Assembly (NCBI GenBank): GCA_019233975.1
Contig: JAFALY010000038.1
Coordinates: 21,638 to 85,637, forward strand
From: Alphaproteobacteria bacterium
GTDB lineage: Bacteria > Pseudomonadota > Alphaproteobacteria > UBA9219
DNA: 64,000 nt
Reading direction: 5' to 3'
The notes beneath the pieces were generated by a model. It was not told the origin of the DNA and did not search any database. It was given only the letters and a program-made list of their open reading frames with translations. Both the position numbers and the translations under genes were made by a program. Shown piece after piece: positions 13,819 to 25,086 of this stretch (positions within the stretch are counted from its first letter, which is position 1; every line of letters starts with the position of its first letter).

Positions 13819-15224
13819 GGCGTTTCCTGAGCCCCGGCCCCCAGTTTGGCAATTGGTTGGCGCGTCGAAGCTAAACCGCCCGGACGCCAGACCATGATGA
13901 TCACCATGCCTGCGCCGAAGGCCAGCATGCGGTATTGATCCAACCCGCGGAAAAGTTCCGGCATGCCGACGATGAATAAAGCCGCCAGTGCAATGCCAAC
14001 CGGGTGACCAATGCCGCCCAGAATGACAATCGCCAGAATGGTCGCAGACTCATTGAAGGTGAAGCTTTCGGGGCTAACGAAGCCCTGACGCGTGGCAAAA
14101 AATGCACCTGCAATCGCCGCGATCATGGCGCTGAGCATATAGGCAGCAAGCTTGATACGCGGCCGGTCGATACCCAGTGAGGCACACGCAATTTCATCTT
14201 CGCGAAACGCTTCCCAGGCACAACCGATTGGCAAGTGGCGCAACCGCACGACAACATAACCAACAATAACCGCGATCAGAAGGATGACGTAATAAAGAAA
14301 CATGACGCGTTGCACGGGGCTGAACTCCACCCCCAGCCATTCGTGAAAGGGCCGCATGCCTTCAGTTGCCTGACGTGCAAATTCAAGGTTGAACAAGGCC
14401 GGACGCGGTATGCCAGAAATACCGTTCGGCCCATGGGTCAGTGATGTCCAGTTAATAAGGACCAGGCGCGTAATTTCGCCAAACCCCAATGTCACCACGG
14501 CAAAATAATCGCCACGCAAACGCAGAACCGGAATGCCAAGCAGCAATGCCGTAACAACGGCGATGACGGCGACAAGCGGCAGCGCGCTCCAGAACCCTAA
14601 TCCAGCATATTGTGCCAGAAGGGCGTAGCCATAGGCGCCTATAGCGTAAAAGCCCGCATAGCCGAGGTCGAGCAATCCGGCAAAACCAACCGTGATATTC
14701 AACCCCCAGGCCAGCACGATATAGGTCATGACCATAATACCAACGTCGAGCAGATAGCGGCTGGAAAATGGCAGGAACGGCATGACAATGACAAAGGCAA
14801 ACAGAAACGCGCCGAGCGTGTTGAAGTTTGTCAGGCGCCGTTTAGCCGTCGTTATAAGGGGCGGCAGCAAACCTGCTAGATGAACGGGATGTTTTTCTAA
14901 CCATATCAGTAACGCGCGCAGCGCCAAAGCATAGCCACCGGCAACAGCCGCGCAGCGCAAAAACGCCGTTGGCCATGTTATGAATAAGGCACCGGTTCCG
15001 GCCATCAGTCCCGCCGCAAAAACTACCGGTAAGGCACCAGCAGCCAAAGCCGCAAGGCCTGCCCGACCAAGCAGAATAAGCGCAGCAGCAATAGCGGTAT
15101 CCGCCCAGCGCCATTCCAATGCCATGCTGCCCACCACTTCGCCCGTATGTACACCGGCGAGCGGCAGAAGCAGAACAAAAGCCAGCAACGCCACAAGGAA
15201 GGATTCTTTCAACCCGCGCAGCAT
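13815..15224 (-). CDS. livM: Branched-chain amino acid ABC permease
   Basis: GLNITVGFAGLLDLGY, LRLRGDYFAVVTLGFGE. Confidence 0.92.
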   Translation of the reverse strand: MLRGLKESFLVALLAFVLLLPLAGVHTGEVVGSMALEWRWADTAIAAALILLGRAGLAALAAGALPVVFAAGLMAGTGALFITWPTAFLRCAAVAGGYALALRALLIWLEKHPVHLAGLLPPLITTAKRRLTNFNTLGAFLFAFVIVMPFLPFSSRYLLDVGIMVMTYIVLAWGLNITVGFAGLLDLGYAGFYAIGAYGYALLAQYAGLGFWSALPLVAVIAVVTALLLGIPVLRLRGDYFAVVTLGFGEITRLVLINWTSLTHGPNGISGIPRPALFNLEFARQATEGMRPFHEWLGVEFSPVQRVMFLYYVILLIAVIVGYVVVRLRHLPIGCAWEAFREDEIACASLGIDRPRIKLAAYMLSAMIAAIAGAFFATRQGFVSPESFTFNESATILAIVILGGIGHPVGIALAALFIVGMPELFRGLDQYRMLAFGAGMVIIMVWRPGGLASTRQPIAKLGAGAQETP

Positions 15225-16162
15225 CAGACTTTCTCCACCGACGGGCGGCCCAGCAGACCATTAGGTCGAACCAACAACACAAGCATAAGCAACACAAAAA
15301 CGGCGACATCCTTATATTGCGCATTCACATAGGTGGCCCACAGGCTTTCCACCACACCGATAATCAGACCGCCCAACATGGCGCCGGGCAGCGAGCCGAT
15401 GCCACCCAGAACCGCAGCGGTAAAGGCCTTCATGCCCGCCAGAAAGCCCATATAGAAATCGACCACACCGTAATACAACGTGACCATAAAACCAGCGATG
15501 GCGGCCAACACGGCGCCCAGAACAAAGGTCAGAGAGATGGCACGGTTCACGCGTATGCCGCACAGGGCAGCCATGGTTTGGTCTTGTTCACACGCTCGTT
15601 GCGCGCGACCAAATGGCGTGGCGTGCACCAAGGCCGTCACCGCAGACATTAAAACCAGCGTCAGGACAAAGATGGTGATTTGCAGATAGGAAACAGAAAC
15701 CACAAAACCATCCGCGCGGTGTGACAGTTCGATTGTTCCCTGCAAGACAGGTGCAAGCGTCTTCACACGCGCACCCTGCAACAACTGCACATAGTTTTGC
15801 AGAAAGACGGACATGCCAATCGCCGATATCAACGGCGCCATGCGCCCCGCCTTGCGCAGCGGCTTATAGGCAATACGCTCAATCGACCATCCATAAAGGC
15901 CCGTAATCACTGCCGTAGTCAGCAGCACAATCGCCAACACAAACGGCAAGGACGTCACACCGATGGCGGTCAGGACCACATAGCTGATGACTGTGATAAA
16001 GGCGCCGATCATGTAAATCTCGCCATGCGCGAAATTGATCATGCCGATGATGCCGTAGACCATGGTGTACCCGATGGCGATCAGCCCATAAACGGCCCCC
16101 AGGGTCAAACCATTGATCAGTTGCTGCAGAAAATAATCCACGCCCGCCACTATGTTATGCAA
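15224..16162 (-). CDS. livH: Branched-chain amino acid ABC permease
   Basis: QQLINGLTLGAVYGLIAIGYTMVYGIIGMINFAHGE, KAFTAAVLGGIG. Confidence 0.94.
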   Translation of the reverse strand: MHNIVAGVDYFLQQLINGLTLGAVYGLIAIGYTMVYGIIGMINFAHGEIYMIGAFITVISYVVLTAIGVTSLPFVLAIVLLTTAVITGLYGWSIERIAYKPLRKAGRMAPLISAIGMSVFLQNYVQLLQGARVKTLAPVLQGTIELSHRADGFVVSVSYLQITIFVLTLVLMSAVTALVHATPFGRAQRACEQDQTMAALCGIRVNRAISLTFVLGAVLAAIAGFMVTLYYGVVDFYMGFLAGMKAFTAAVLGGIGSLPGAMLGGLIIGVVESLWATYVNAQYKDVAVFVLLMLVLLVRPNGLLGRPSVEKV

Positions 16163-16188
16163 TGAATCGGATAGTTCACTCTACCCGA

Positions 16189-16692
16189 TCAAGGATTCTT
16201 GGCAAGGGTTGCGCCCTTGGCCCCGCATAAGGGTAGACGTGACATGCCCGCGTCGTTCATTGTTTTGACCTGGGCGCCCAGCTCTGCCGCCGTGGCTTTA
16301 TACAAACGCGCAACTTCCTGCCGGTACTGTCCGCAAAATCCCGGTGCCGATAAATTGGCGATTTTCTGGCCATATTCGTTAGCCAATTGCGTGTGCAACT
16401 TATCCAGACGCGCCGTACCGTTGCCACTGAAATGACTGTTATAAAAAGCAGTCATGGTTCCTTCGGCATCATGCAGGGCGTCGACATGCGCGTTGGTAAA
16501 GGCCGTATAACCGGCAATAAGGTCCTGCCCGTCTTCATCTTGTTTGCAGGTAATGGCCACGACCATCAGTTCGGTATGCAGGCGCAATAGTTGCTCAGCA
16601 TCCTGTTCAGCGGGCGTGTAGCATTGTTTTTGCCCCGCCCAAGCGGGCACTGGCAACAGCAGAAAAATAAGAAGAAACAAGCGCAGCATCAT
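16189..16692 (-). CDS. Hypothetical secreted protein with four cysteines
   Basis: Signal peptide ending AWA; overlaps the stop of the upstream EamA gene. Confidence 0.7.
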   Translation of the reverse strand: MMLRLFLLIFLLLPVPAWAGQKQCYTPAEQDAEQLLRLHTELMVVAITCKQDEDGQDLIAGYTAFTNAHVDALHDAEGTMTAFYNSHFSGNGTARLDKLHTQLANEYGQKIANLSAPGFCGQYRQEVARLYKATAAELGAQVKTMNDAGMSRLPLCGAKGATLAKNP

Positions 16693-17570
16693 GTAGCCCT
16701 CTGTCCCGCTGCCTGTACAGGTTTTGGTTTGCGCACCACAAAAGTGGTTCCGGTAATAATCAGGGCAATGCTGATAATCACATGAAGCCCGATCTGTTCA
16801 TGCAGAAAAAGTGCGCCCCACAGTGTTGCAAAAACCGGGATCAGGAATGTGACTGTCAACGTAGACGCAGGGCCCAAGGCTTTCACCAGATTGAAGTAAA
16901 TCAGGAAGGCAAAACCACTGCACAATAGCCCCAAGCCTGCCAGCGCGCCCCATGCCGTCGGGTCAGGAACTTCACGCACGGGCACGAAAAACAAAGCTGG
17001 CACCAAAACAATGGCACCGGCCAGCAGGCTGCCGCCGGAATTCAGGACGGGGTCCACCGCGGTCATGCCGCGCGCATAATTGGTCGCAATGCCATAGCAC
17101 AAGGCCGCCGTCAGGCCGCAGGCCGCCGCCCATAGCGAGTCAGACTGTAAAAACAGATCATCGCCAAAAAATAAAGTCACAACGCCGGCCACGCCAAGCA
17201 CAAGCCCCGCAAGCCTGCGATAAGTGAATTTCTCCACCCCCAACACCGCGCCGATCAGGAATCCCCATATGGGCGCCGTAGAGTTCAAAATGGCGGATTG
17301 GGCGGCAGAAAGTTTAAGGGCGCAGATAGCAAACAAAACAAAGGGCAGCACGCAATTAAGAAGGCCAAAAATAAAAAACTGCTTCCAGTGCCTGCCCATG
17401 CCCTTGATATCCCGCTTCAGCCACAAGCCAACACCAAGCATGCATAGGGATCCCAACAACAACCGCCCCTCAACTAGATAGACAGGACCAAATACATGTG
17501 TCGCCATGCGCATAAACAGGAACGACCCGCCCCAAATAGCCGCCAGCAGCAACAATTGAGCAATATTCAT
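16689..17570 (-). CDS. DMT/EamA family transporter
   Basis: IWGGSFLF; two-repeat hydrophobic architecture; LIPVFATLWGALFLHE. Confidence 0.9.
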   Translation of the reverse strand: MNIAQLLLLAAIWGGSFLFMRMATHVFGPVYLVEGRLLLGSLCMLGVGLWLKRDIKGMGRHWKQFFIFGLLNCVLPFVLFAICALKLSAAQSAILNSTAPIWGFLIGAVLGVEKFTYRRLAGLVLGVAGVVTLFFGDDLFLQSDSLWAAACGLTAALCYGIATNYARGMTAVDPVLNSGGSLLAGAIVLVPALFFVPVREVPDPTAWGALAGLGLLCSGFAFLIYFNLVKALGPASTLTVTFLIPVFATLWGALFLHEQIGLHVIISIALIITGTTFVVRKPKPVQAAGQRAT

Positions 17571-17597
17571 ATGACCTCCATCAATACGGACACGACC

Positions 17598-19142
17598 TTA
17601 TTCCCACTCAATCGTGCCGGGCGGTTTACTGGTGACGTCATAGGTCACACGATTGATGCCGGGGACTTCGTTGATGATACGCGTCGCGACTTGCGCCAAA
17701 AACGCATGTTCGAACGGATAGGATTCAGCCGTCATGCCGTCAACCGAAGTCACGGCGCGCAGCGCCAGCACATGGTCGTAAGAACGGCCATCCCCCATAA
17801 CGCCGACCGAGCGCACAGGCAACAATACCGCGAAAGCCTGCCATATCTCGTCGTAAAGACCCGCCTTGCGGATTTCATCGAGATAGACCACATCCGCCTT
17901 ACGCAGGATGGCAAGCTTCTCTTCGGTAATATCGCCAAGAACGCGTATGGCAAGCCCCGGTCCCGGGAAAGGGTGGCGGCCAACAAAGCTTTCCGGCAGC
18001 CCCAATTCACGGCCCAGCGCGCGCACTTCATCCTTGAACAATTCGCGCAACGGCTCAACCAGTTTAAGGTTCATGCGCTCAGGCAAACCGCCGACATTGT
18101 GGTGGGATTTTATCGTGACACTCGGCCCGCCGGTAAAGGAAACGCTCTCGATTACGTCCGGATACAGCGTGCCCTGCGCCAGAAATTGCACATCCCTGAT
18201 TTTATGCGCTTCGGCATCGAACACTTCGATAAATAACCTGCCGATTGTCTTGCGTTTCACTTCCGGGTCGGTCACGCCATCCAGCGCTGACAGAAATGTT
18301 TCACCCGCATCAACGGCGACCAGCGGGATATTGTAATGCGAACGGAACAGGTCGACCACCTGTTGCGCCTCGCCCTGACGCATCAGGCCCGTATCCACAA
18401 AGATACAAGTCAGTTGCTCGCCGATCGCTTCGTGGATCAGAACGGCTGCGACGGCGCTGTCTACTCCGCCGGACAGGCCGCAGATAACCTTGCCTTTGCC
18501 GACCTGAGCGCGGATTTTGGCAATCTCATTTTCACGGAAAGCGGCCATGCTCCAGTCGCTGCCGCATCCGCAGATTTTGTGCACAAAGTGCGAGAATAAT
18601 TTGGCCCCGTCCAGCGTATGCACAACCTCGGGGTGGAACATGGTGCCGTAGAAATGGCGCTTTTCATCGACGATACAGGCAAAGGGCGCGCCTTCACTGG
18701 TCGCCGTCACGCGGAACCCCTGCGGCAATTGCGTGACGCGGTCTCCATGGCTCATCCACACTTGTTGCTTGGAGCCGGCGGGCCAGATGTCGCTGTAAAA
18801 ATCGCACGGCTCGCGCACATCAATCATCGCCTTGCCGAATTCACGCGCGTGACCGCCTTCGACCTTGCCGCCCAACTGCATGCACATGGTCTGCTGACCG
18901 TAACAGATACCCAAAACCGGCACGCCCAGTTCGAACACAATCTGCGGCGCGCGGGGACTACCCTCATCCAGGGTCGAGCACGGGCCGCCGGACAGAATGA
19001 TGCCCTTAGGGTTAAAATCTTTGATTTGTTCATTCGTGCGGTTAAAGGGCTGTATTTCACAGTAAACGCCGGCTTCGCGTACACGGCGGGCGATCAATTG
19101 CGTAACTTGAGAACCGAAATCCAGAATAAGAATTTTGTCCAT
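17598..19142 (-). CDS. guaA: GMP synthase (glutamine-hydrolysing)
   Basis: [31 protein letters not shown]. Confidence 0.98.
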   Translation of the reverse strand: MDKILILDFGSQVTQLIARRVREAGVYCEIQPFNRTNEQIKDFNPKGIILSGGPCSTLDEGSPRAPQIVFELGVPVLGICYGQQTMCMQLGGKVEGGHAREFGKAMIDVREPCDFYSDIWPAGSKQQVWMSHGDRVTQLPQGFRVTATSEGAPFACIVDEKRHFYGTMFHPEVVHTLDGAKLFSHFVHKICGCGSDWSMAAFRENEIAKIRAQVGKGKVICGLSGGVDSAVAAVLIHEAIGEQLTCIFVDTGLMRQGEAQQVVDLFRSHYNIPLVAVDAGETFLSALDGVTDPEVKRKTIGRLFIEVFDAEAHKIRDVQFLAQGTLYPDVIESVSFTGGPSVTIKSHHNVGGLPERMNLKLVEPLRELFKDEVRALGRELGLPESFVGRHPFPGPGLAIRVLGDITEEKLAILRKADVVYLDEIRKAGLYDEIWQAFAVLLPVRSVGVMGDGRSYDHVLALRAVTSVDGMTAESYPFEHAFLAQVATRIINEVPGINRVTYDVTSKPPGTIEWE

Positions 19143-19261
19143 TGTACCCCACCGGTCTGGATAAAGGCGGCCTTGCGCCGCGTGTCAGTAAAAGAGTCGG
19201 GAATTGTATAGCATCGACGGAGTGCCAATGCCACCCGCCAGAAATAACAGGAAACCGGGCT

Positions 19262-20194
19262 TTATTGGCTATTACGGCGTTTCTGCAGCTCCGCGAAATC
19301 AGCGTCGGCATGGTAGGAAGAACGCGTGAGTGGTGAACTCGATACCATCAAAAATCCCTTAGCGCGGGCCAAGGTTGCGTAGCTGTCAAATTCTTCAGGC
19401 GTCACGTAACGGTCGATCGCCGCATGTTTGGGCGTCGGCTGCAGATATTGGCCGATGGTCAAAAAATCAACATCGGCTGCACGCAGGTCATCCATCACCT
19501 GCCCCACTTCTTCACGCGTTTCGCCAAGGCCGACCATGATGCCGGACTTGGTGAAAATGGTGGGGTCGACTTCCTTGACGCGCTTTAGCAGACTGAGTGA
19601 CGTAAAATATCGCGCGCCCGGGCGAATGGTTGGGTACAGGCGCGGCACCGTTTCCAGATTGTGGTTGAACACATCCGGCTTCGCCTTGGCGACAACCTCA
19701 ACAGCGCCATCCTTCTTCATAAAATCGGGCGTCAGAATTTCAATCGTCGCGGTAGATGTGCTGCGCAAGGCGCGAATGGTCTGCGCGAAATGTTCAGCGC
19801 CCCCATCCGGCAGGTCATCACGGTCAACGGACGTGATGACGACATGCTGCAACCCCAACTGGCCCACGGCCTTGGCAACATTGTCGGGTTCGTGCGGGTC
19901 GAGCAAATCCGGCTTGCCGGTCGCAACATTGCAGAACGCACAAGCACGCGTGCAAACAGAACCCAAGATCATAAAGGTCGCGTGTTTGTGTTTCCAACAT
20001 TCGCCGATATTGGGGCAAGCCGCTTCTTCACACACCGTATTCAGAGACAAGGTACGCATCAATTCGCGCGTCTGGTTATATTCGCGGCTGATGGGCGCCT
20101 TGACACGAATCCAGCCCGGTTTTGGCGGCGCGGGATTATCCGCACGATGCGCCTTTTCTGGATGGCGTAGCTTGCTTTGGGTTTCAGTGCTCAT
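19262..20194 (-). CDS. lipA: Lipoyl synthase
   Basis: [26 protein letters not shown]. Confidence 0.97.
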   Translation of the reverse strand: MSTETQSKLRHPEKAHRADNPAPPKPGWIRVKAPISREYNQTRELMRTLSLNTVCEEAACPNIGECWKHKHATFMILGSVCTRACAFCNVATGKPDLLDPHEPDNVAKAVGQLGLQHVVITSVDRDDLPDGGAEHFAQTIRALRSTSTATIEILTPDFMKKDGAVEVVAKAKPDVFNHNLETVPRLYPTIRPGARYFTSLSLLKRVKEVDPTIFTKSGIMVGLGETREEVGQVMDDLRAADVDFLTIGQYLQPTPKHAAIDRYVTPEEFDSYATLARAKGFLMVSSSPLTRSSYHADADFAELQKRRNSQ

Positions 20195-20197
20195 GTC

Positions 20198-21595
20198 TTA
20201 AATATGCACCGCATGGCCATAGGCGTCCAGCACTGCTTCATGCATGGTTTCCGAAATGGTGGGATGCGGGAATACGGTGTGCATCAGCTCTTTTTCCGTG
20301 CTTTCCAACGTCCGCGCAATGACATAACCCTGTATCATTTCAGTGACTTCGGCGCCGATCATGTGCGCGCCCAGCAGCTCACCCGTTTTGGCGTCAAACA
20401 CCGTTTTCACCAAACCTTCGGGTTCGCCCAACGCAATCGCCTTGCCATTGCCGATGAAGGGGAAGCGGCCCACACGCACTTCACGGCCTGCCGCCTTGGC
20501 TTTGGCTTCGGTCATGCCGACACTCGCCACCTGCGGCGTGCAATAAGTGCAGCCCGGAATGTTAGCCGTATTCAGCGGATGCACATCCTTCACGCCGACG
20601 ATCTTTTCAACGCAGATGACACCTTCGTGGCTCGCCTTATGCGCCAGCCACGGCGCACCGGCAACGTCACCGATGGCGTATACGCCGGGTTCGTCCGTCG
20701 CGCACCATTCGTTAATTTTGATATGGCCCTTTTCTAGTTTGACCTTGGTGTTTTCAATCCCGAGATTTTCAGTATTAGCAACAATGCCGACGGCCATGAT
20801 AACGCGTTCAAAGGTCGCCTGTGTTGCCTTGCCGCCCTGTTCAATAGTTGCAGTCACAGTCGTGGCGCTGCGGTCCAGTTTCTTGACAACGCCGCCGGTA
20901 ATAATCTTCATGCCCTGCTTTTCAAACGCTTTACGCGCAAAGGCAGAAATTTCTTCGTCTTCCACCGGCAAAATGCGGTCCATCACTTCGACAACCGTCA
21001 CATCAACGCCAAGGTTGCGGTAGAAGCTCGCGAACTCAATACCAATGGCGCCAGAACCGACAACCAGAAGCGACTTCGGCAAGGTATCCGGCACCATAGC
21101 TTCCTTATAGGTCCAGACGAGCTTGCCGTCCGGTTCCAGTCCCGGCAAAGCGCGCGCACGCGCACCCGTCGCGATGATGATATTCTTGGCCGACAATGTT
21201 GTTTTTTTGCCGTCCTTGGCCGTGACTTCAACCTGACCTTTGCCCAGCAGCTTGGCCTGGCCATCCACCACTTCGACCTTGTTCTTTTTCAAAAGATGTT
21301 TCACGCCGCCCGACAATTGCGCCGCCACTTTGCGTGAGCGTTCGGTAATTTTCTTCAGATCGAACGAAACACCCTGCACCGACAACCCAAAGGCTTCGGC
21401 GTGCTTGATATGGCTCAATATTTCAGCCGAGCGCAGCAACGCCTTGGTCGGGATACAACCCCAGTTCAAACAAATACCGCCCAGATGTTCGCGCTCAACC
21501 AGTGTAACCTTTAACCCCAGCTGCGCCGCGCGAATAGCCGCCACATAACCGCCCGGGCCACCACCGATAACGATAAGATCAGATGCTGTTGTCAT
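20198..21595 (-). CDS. lpdA: Dihydrolipoyl dehydrogenase (E3)
   Basis: GGGPGGY, CLNWGCIP, HPTISE. Confidence 0.97.
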   Translation of the reverse strand: MTTASDLIVIGGGPGGYVAAIRAAQLGLKVTLVEREHLGGICLNWGCIPTKALLRSAEILSHIKHAEAFGLSVQGVSFDLKKITERSRKVAAQLSGGVKHLLKKNKVEVVDGQAKLLGKGQVEVTAKDGKKTTLSAKNIIIATGARARALPGLEPDGKLVWTYKEAMVPDTLPKSLLVVGSGAIGIEFASFYRNLGVDVTVVEVMDRILPVEDEEISAFARKAFEKQGMKIITGGVVKKLDRSATTVTATIEQGGKATQATFERVIMAVGIVANTENLGIENTKVKLEKGHIKINEWCATDEPGVYAIGDVAGAPWLAHKASHEGVICVEKIVGVKDVHPLNTANIPGCTYCTPQVASVGMTEAKAKAAGREVRVGRFPFIGNGKAIALGEPEGLVKTVFDAKTGELLGAHMIGAEVTEMIQGYVIARTLESTEKELMHTVFPHPTISETMHEAVLDAYGHAVHI

Positions 21596-22119
21596 TGTTT
21601 CTGCCTCATTTCTTCAAGATTGATAGCATAAATGCATTCGTTGTCTTCGTTGCCGTCCGGCCAAATCATCGGTTCGTTATGCGTGAATTGAAAACCAGCC
21701 GCAAGTATGGCCTTACGTGACCCCTCGTTCCCGGCACGGTGCGTTACAATAACGCGTTTCCATGCCCGATGACCGAGAGCCCAATGAATGCAAGCCTGAT
21801 ACATCGGAACCGACAGGCCGCGTCCCCTATAGTCAGGTTTAATGTAATGCGCGACAACCGCACCGGGGTATTCGCCAGAGGGATCATCTTTCCAGGTAAT
21901 TATGCCAATCAGTCCGACAATTACGCCGTTATCCATTAACCCAAAGAAACAGCGGTCTTCGCCGAAAAGCACACTACGCCATTCATCCGGCCCACGTTTC
22001 ACTTCGTTTTCGTACTTGGATAGAAAGACCGAAGGATGGTCGCGCAACGCCTCCAGCCTGATCTGTGAGGCCTGAACAAGATCGCCGTCACTGAGGGCGC
22101 GTACAATACAAGCCATCAT
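21592..22119 (-). CDS. GNAT family N-acetyltransferase
   Basis: RLEALRDHPSVF N-terminus; YIKPDYRGRGLS acetyl-CoA motif A; N..S....AAGF; ATGA overlaps at both ends. Confidence 0.8.
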   Translation of the reverse strand: MMACIVRALSDGDLVQASQIRLEALRDHPSVFLSKYENEVKRGPDEWRSVLFGEDRCFFGLMDNGVIVGLIGIITWKDDPSGEYPGAVVAHYIKPDYRGRGLSVPMYQACIHWALGHRAWKRVIVTHRAGNEGSRKAILAAGFQFTHNEPMIWPDGNEDNECIYAINLEEMRQKQ

Positions 22120-22388
22120 GATTGCCCTCGACCCTTCCAGCAGTTTTGTAGCCAGACAGATTTCAACACCGGCAGGGACAGCGTCGACAACACATAGCCG
22201 ACAACCGGTACTAAGGCGTTGAGCCATGCACCGTTGCCGCCAAGCGCCGATAACAACACGACAGCGCAGATATAGGTGGTCAAGGCGATACTGCCCCGAC
22301 GCACCCAGCTTGTTTCCCAAGCCTTATCCCCTTCGACCCGCGCGTTGCGCAGCTCGATAGCGGATAATCTGTTGTCGATGTCAGACAT
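22116..22388 (-). CDS. Small hypothetical membrane protein
   Basis: Charged N-terminus (RNARVEGDKAWETSW) then two hydrophobic segments; overlaps the pdhC stop and the GNAT start. Confidence 0.75.
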   Translation of the reverse strand: MSDIDNRLSAIELRNARVEGDKAWETSWVRRGSIALTTYICAVVLLSALGGNGAWLNALVPVVGYVLSTLSLPVLKSVWLQNCWKGRGQS

Positions 22389-23680
22389 TAGACGACCAGG
22401 CTGTACGGCTTTTCAATCAGAGGCTTGAAAGCTTGCAGGAATTCCGCACCGACAGCGCCGTCAACCGAGCGATGGTCAACCGACAGGGTCACCGTCATTA
22501 CCGTCGCGACGGCCAACTGACCGTTTTTGACAACGGCGCGCTGTTCGCCTGCACCGACCGCCAGTATGCATGACTGCGGCGGGTTGATGATGGCCGCGAA
22601 TTCGCGCACACCGTACATGCCGAGGTTGGAGATGGAGAAACCGCCGCCCTGGAATTCTTCCGGCTTCAGCTTGCCATCACGCGCACGCGCGGCCAGATCC
22701 TTCATTTCGGACGAGATTTGCGCCAGCGACTTGGTGTCCGCCTTTTTCACAATCGGCGTAATCAATCCGTTGGGTGTCGCGACCGCGACGGAGACATCCG
22801 CATCCTTGTATTGCAAAATGGCTTCGTCCGTCCATGACGCATTGGCCGCCGGTATTTTCTTCAATGCAACGCCAACGGCGCGAACGATAAAGTCGTTGAC
22901 CGAGATTTTGGTGGCCGAGACTTCGTTCAACTGCTTACGCAGCGTCAGCAATTCATCCAGTTCACAATCGACCGACAGGTAGAAATGCGGAACCTGTTGT
23001 TTGGATTCCAGCAAACGACGCGCAATGACCTTGCGCACGCTGCTGTTCGACAGAGCATCATAGGCCATACCCAGCTTATCGGCATAGTCGCGCACATCGA
23101 GACCCTGCGATTGCGGAGCGGCTGCGCGTTGCGGCGCGGCACTCCTGGCGGCGGCCGGATTCTTGGCAGCCGTTTCCACGTCCGCCTTTACGATACGGCC
23201 ATTCGGGCCTGTGCCGCGTACCAGTTTTAGATCAACGCCTGATTGTTCAGCAACGCGACGCGCCAGCGGGCTGGCAAACACACGGTTACCTGCATGTACC
23301 GGAGCCGAAGCAGGAGCCTGTGTCAGAGCTTGCGGCGCGACGGCAACAGGTGCCGATGTAGCGGCAGTAGGCGCGGCAGCCGGAGCATTCGCAGCTCCCT
23401 TGGTCAGCGCGCTGATAGCATCGGCGGAAACCTCTTCGCCTTCTTCGGCCAAAATGGCGATGGGCGTATTCACTTTGACACCCTGCGCCCCGCCGGGGAT
23501 CAGGATTTTGACAATCTTGCCTTCATCGACCGCTTCGACTTCCATCGTCGCCTTGTCGGTTTCAATCTCGGCCAGAACCTGACCGGATTTCACAACGTCG
23601 CCTTCCTTTTTCAACCAACGCGCCAGGTTGCCCTCGGTCATGGTTGGCGAAAGGGCCGGCATCAAAATTTCAATCGGCAT
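22388..23680 (-). CDS. pdhC: Pyruvate dehydrogenase E2, dihydrolipoamide acetyltransferase
   Basis: Lipoyl domain ETDKATM, ASPLARR E3-binding domain, DHRSVDG. Confidence 0.96.
   Translation of the reverse strand: MPIEILMPALSPTMTEGNLARWLKKEGDVVKSGQVLAEIETDKATMEVEAVDEGKIVKILIPGGAQGVKVNTPIAILAEEGEEVSADAISALTKGAANAPAAAPTAATSAPVAVAPQALTQAPASAPVHAGNRVFASPLARRVAEQSGVDLKLVRGTGPNGRIVKADVETAAKNPAAARSAAPQRAAAPQSQGLDVRDYADKLGMAYDALSNSSVRKVIARRLLESKQQVPHFYLSVDCELDELLTLRKQLNEVSATKISVNDFIVRAVGVALKKIPAANASWTDEAILQYKDADVSVAVATPNGLITPIVKKADTKSLAQISSEMKDLAARARDGKLKPEEFQGGGFSISNLGMYGVREFAAIINPPQSCILAVGAGEQRAVVKNGQLAVATVMTVTLSVDHRSVDGAVGAEFLQAFKPLIEKPYSLVV
23519..23587. repeat. Near-identical lipoyl-domain DNA repeat, copy in pdhC
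   Basis: 67/69 nt identical to 24903-24971 by direct comparison. Confidence 0.85.
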
Positions 23681-23690
23681 GACTTTATCC

Positions 23691-25064
23691 TTATGCAGCT
23701 TGGCGGAAGCAGACTTGGCGAACGGCCTTCACAATATCATCGACATTGGGAAGCGCCAGCTTTTCCAGATTGGCGGCATAGGGCAGCGGAACATCCGCGC
23801 CGCATACACGCACAACCGGCGCATCCAGATAGTCGAAAGCGTGTTCCATCATTTGCGCGGCAAGTTCGGAGCCGATGCCAGCGAAAGGCCAGCTTTCTTC
23901 GGCCGATACCAGACGGTTCGTCTTCTTGACGCTTTCGACGATCGTGGCCGTATCCAGCGGGCGAATGGAGCGCAGGTTGATGACTTCGGCGCTGATGCCT
24001 TCGGCAGCCAGCTTTTCCGCTGCTTCCATCGCAAAGCCGACCATGCGCGAAAACGCGGTGATGGTCACATCCGTACCGGCGCGCATAACCTTTGCCTTGC
24101 CGATCGGCAGCACAAAATCGGCATCGTCCGGCACGTCAAAGCTTTGGCCGTACATCATTTCGTTTTCAAGGCAGATGACCGGATTCTGGTCACGAATGGC
24201 GGCCTTCATCAAGCCCTTGGCATCGGCCGAGTCATAAGGCGCGATGACCTTGAGGCCCGGCACATGTGCATACCAGCTGGCGTAGCATTGCGAATGCTGC
24301 GCGCCAACACGGGCCGCGGCGCCGTTCGGGCCACGGAATACAATGGGGCAACCCATCTGACCGCCGGACATGTACAATGTCTTGGCGGCAGAGTTGATGA
24401 TCTGGTCAATCGCCTGCATCGCGAAGTTCATGGTCATGAATTCGATGATCGGACGCAAACCCCCGAACGCCGCACCAACGCCCAGACCCGCAAAACCCAT
24501 TTCCGTGATGGGACTGTCGATCACGCGCTTCGCGCCGAATTCATCCAGCAAGCCCTGGCTGACTTTGTAAGCGCCCTGATACTGCGCGACTTCTTCGCCC
24601 AGCAGGAACACGTTCGGATCGTTCCGCATTTCTTCCGCCATGGCTTCGCGCAACGCCTCGCGTACTGTCAGCGTCTTAAAGCTGCTGTACTGCTTTTCTT
24701 CCACGCTGGCGGCGACAGGTGCCACAACAGACAAAGCCGGACGCGCTGCATCAGACGCGGCGGCAGGCGCAGGCGCTGCAACCGCTGTCGTTTTAACGGC
24801 ATTCAAGGCATCGGCCCCTTCACCTTCTTCCAGAAGGATGGCGATCGGCGCGTTCACCTGAACATTTTCGGTGCCGGCTGCGACCAGAATTTTACCAAGG
24901 GTGCCTTCATCCACCGCTTCGACTTCCATCGTCGCCTTGTCGGTTTCAATTTCGGCCAGAACCTGACCGGACTTTACCGTGTCGCCTTCTTTCTTCAGCC
25001 AACGGGCCAGCTTGCCTTCTGTCATTGTGGGCGACAGGGCCGGCATAAGAATTTCGATGGTCAT
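23691..25064 (-). CDS. pdhB: Pyruvate dehydrogenase E1 beta with N-terminal lipoyl domain
   Basis: AGGAG RBS before ATG 25064; ETDKATM lipoyl domain; [12 protein letters not shown]; AQHSQ. Confidence 0.96.
   Translation of the reverse strand: MTIEILMPALSPTMTEGKLARWLKKEGDTVKSGQVLAEIETDKATMEVEAVDEGTLGKILVAAGTENVQVNAPIAILLEEGEGADALNAVKTTAVAAPAPAAASDAARPALSVVAPVAASVEEKQYSSFKTLTVREALREAMAEEMRNDPNVFLLGEEVAQYQGAYKVSQGLLDEFGAKRVIDSPITEMGFAGLGVGAAFGGLRPIIEFMTMNFAMQAIDQIINSAAKTLYMSGGQMGCPIVFRGPNGAAARVGAQHSQCYASWYAHVPGLKVIAPYDSADAKGLMKAAIRDQNPVICLENEMMYGQSFDVPDDADFVLPIGKAKVMRAGTDVTITAFSRMVGFAMEAAEKLAAEGISAEVINLRSIRPLDTATIVESVKKTNRLVSAEESWPFAGIGSELAAQMMEHAFDYLDAPVVRVCGADVPLPYAANLEKLALPNVDDIVKAVRQVCFRQAA
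24903..24971. repeat. Near-identical lipoyl-domain DNA repeat, copy in pdhB
   Basis: 67/69 nt identical to 23519-23587. Confidence 0.85.
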
Positions 25065-25086
25065 CGCTTTCTCCTGATCAATATCG

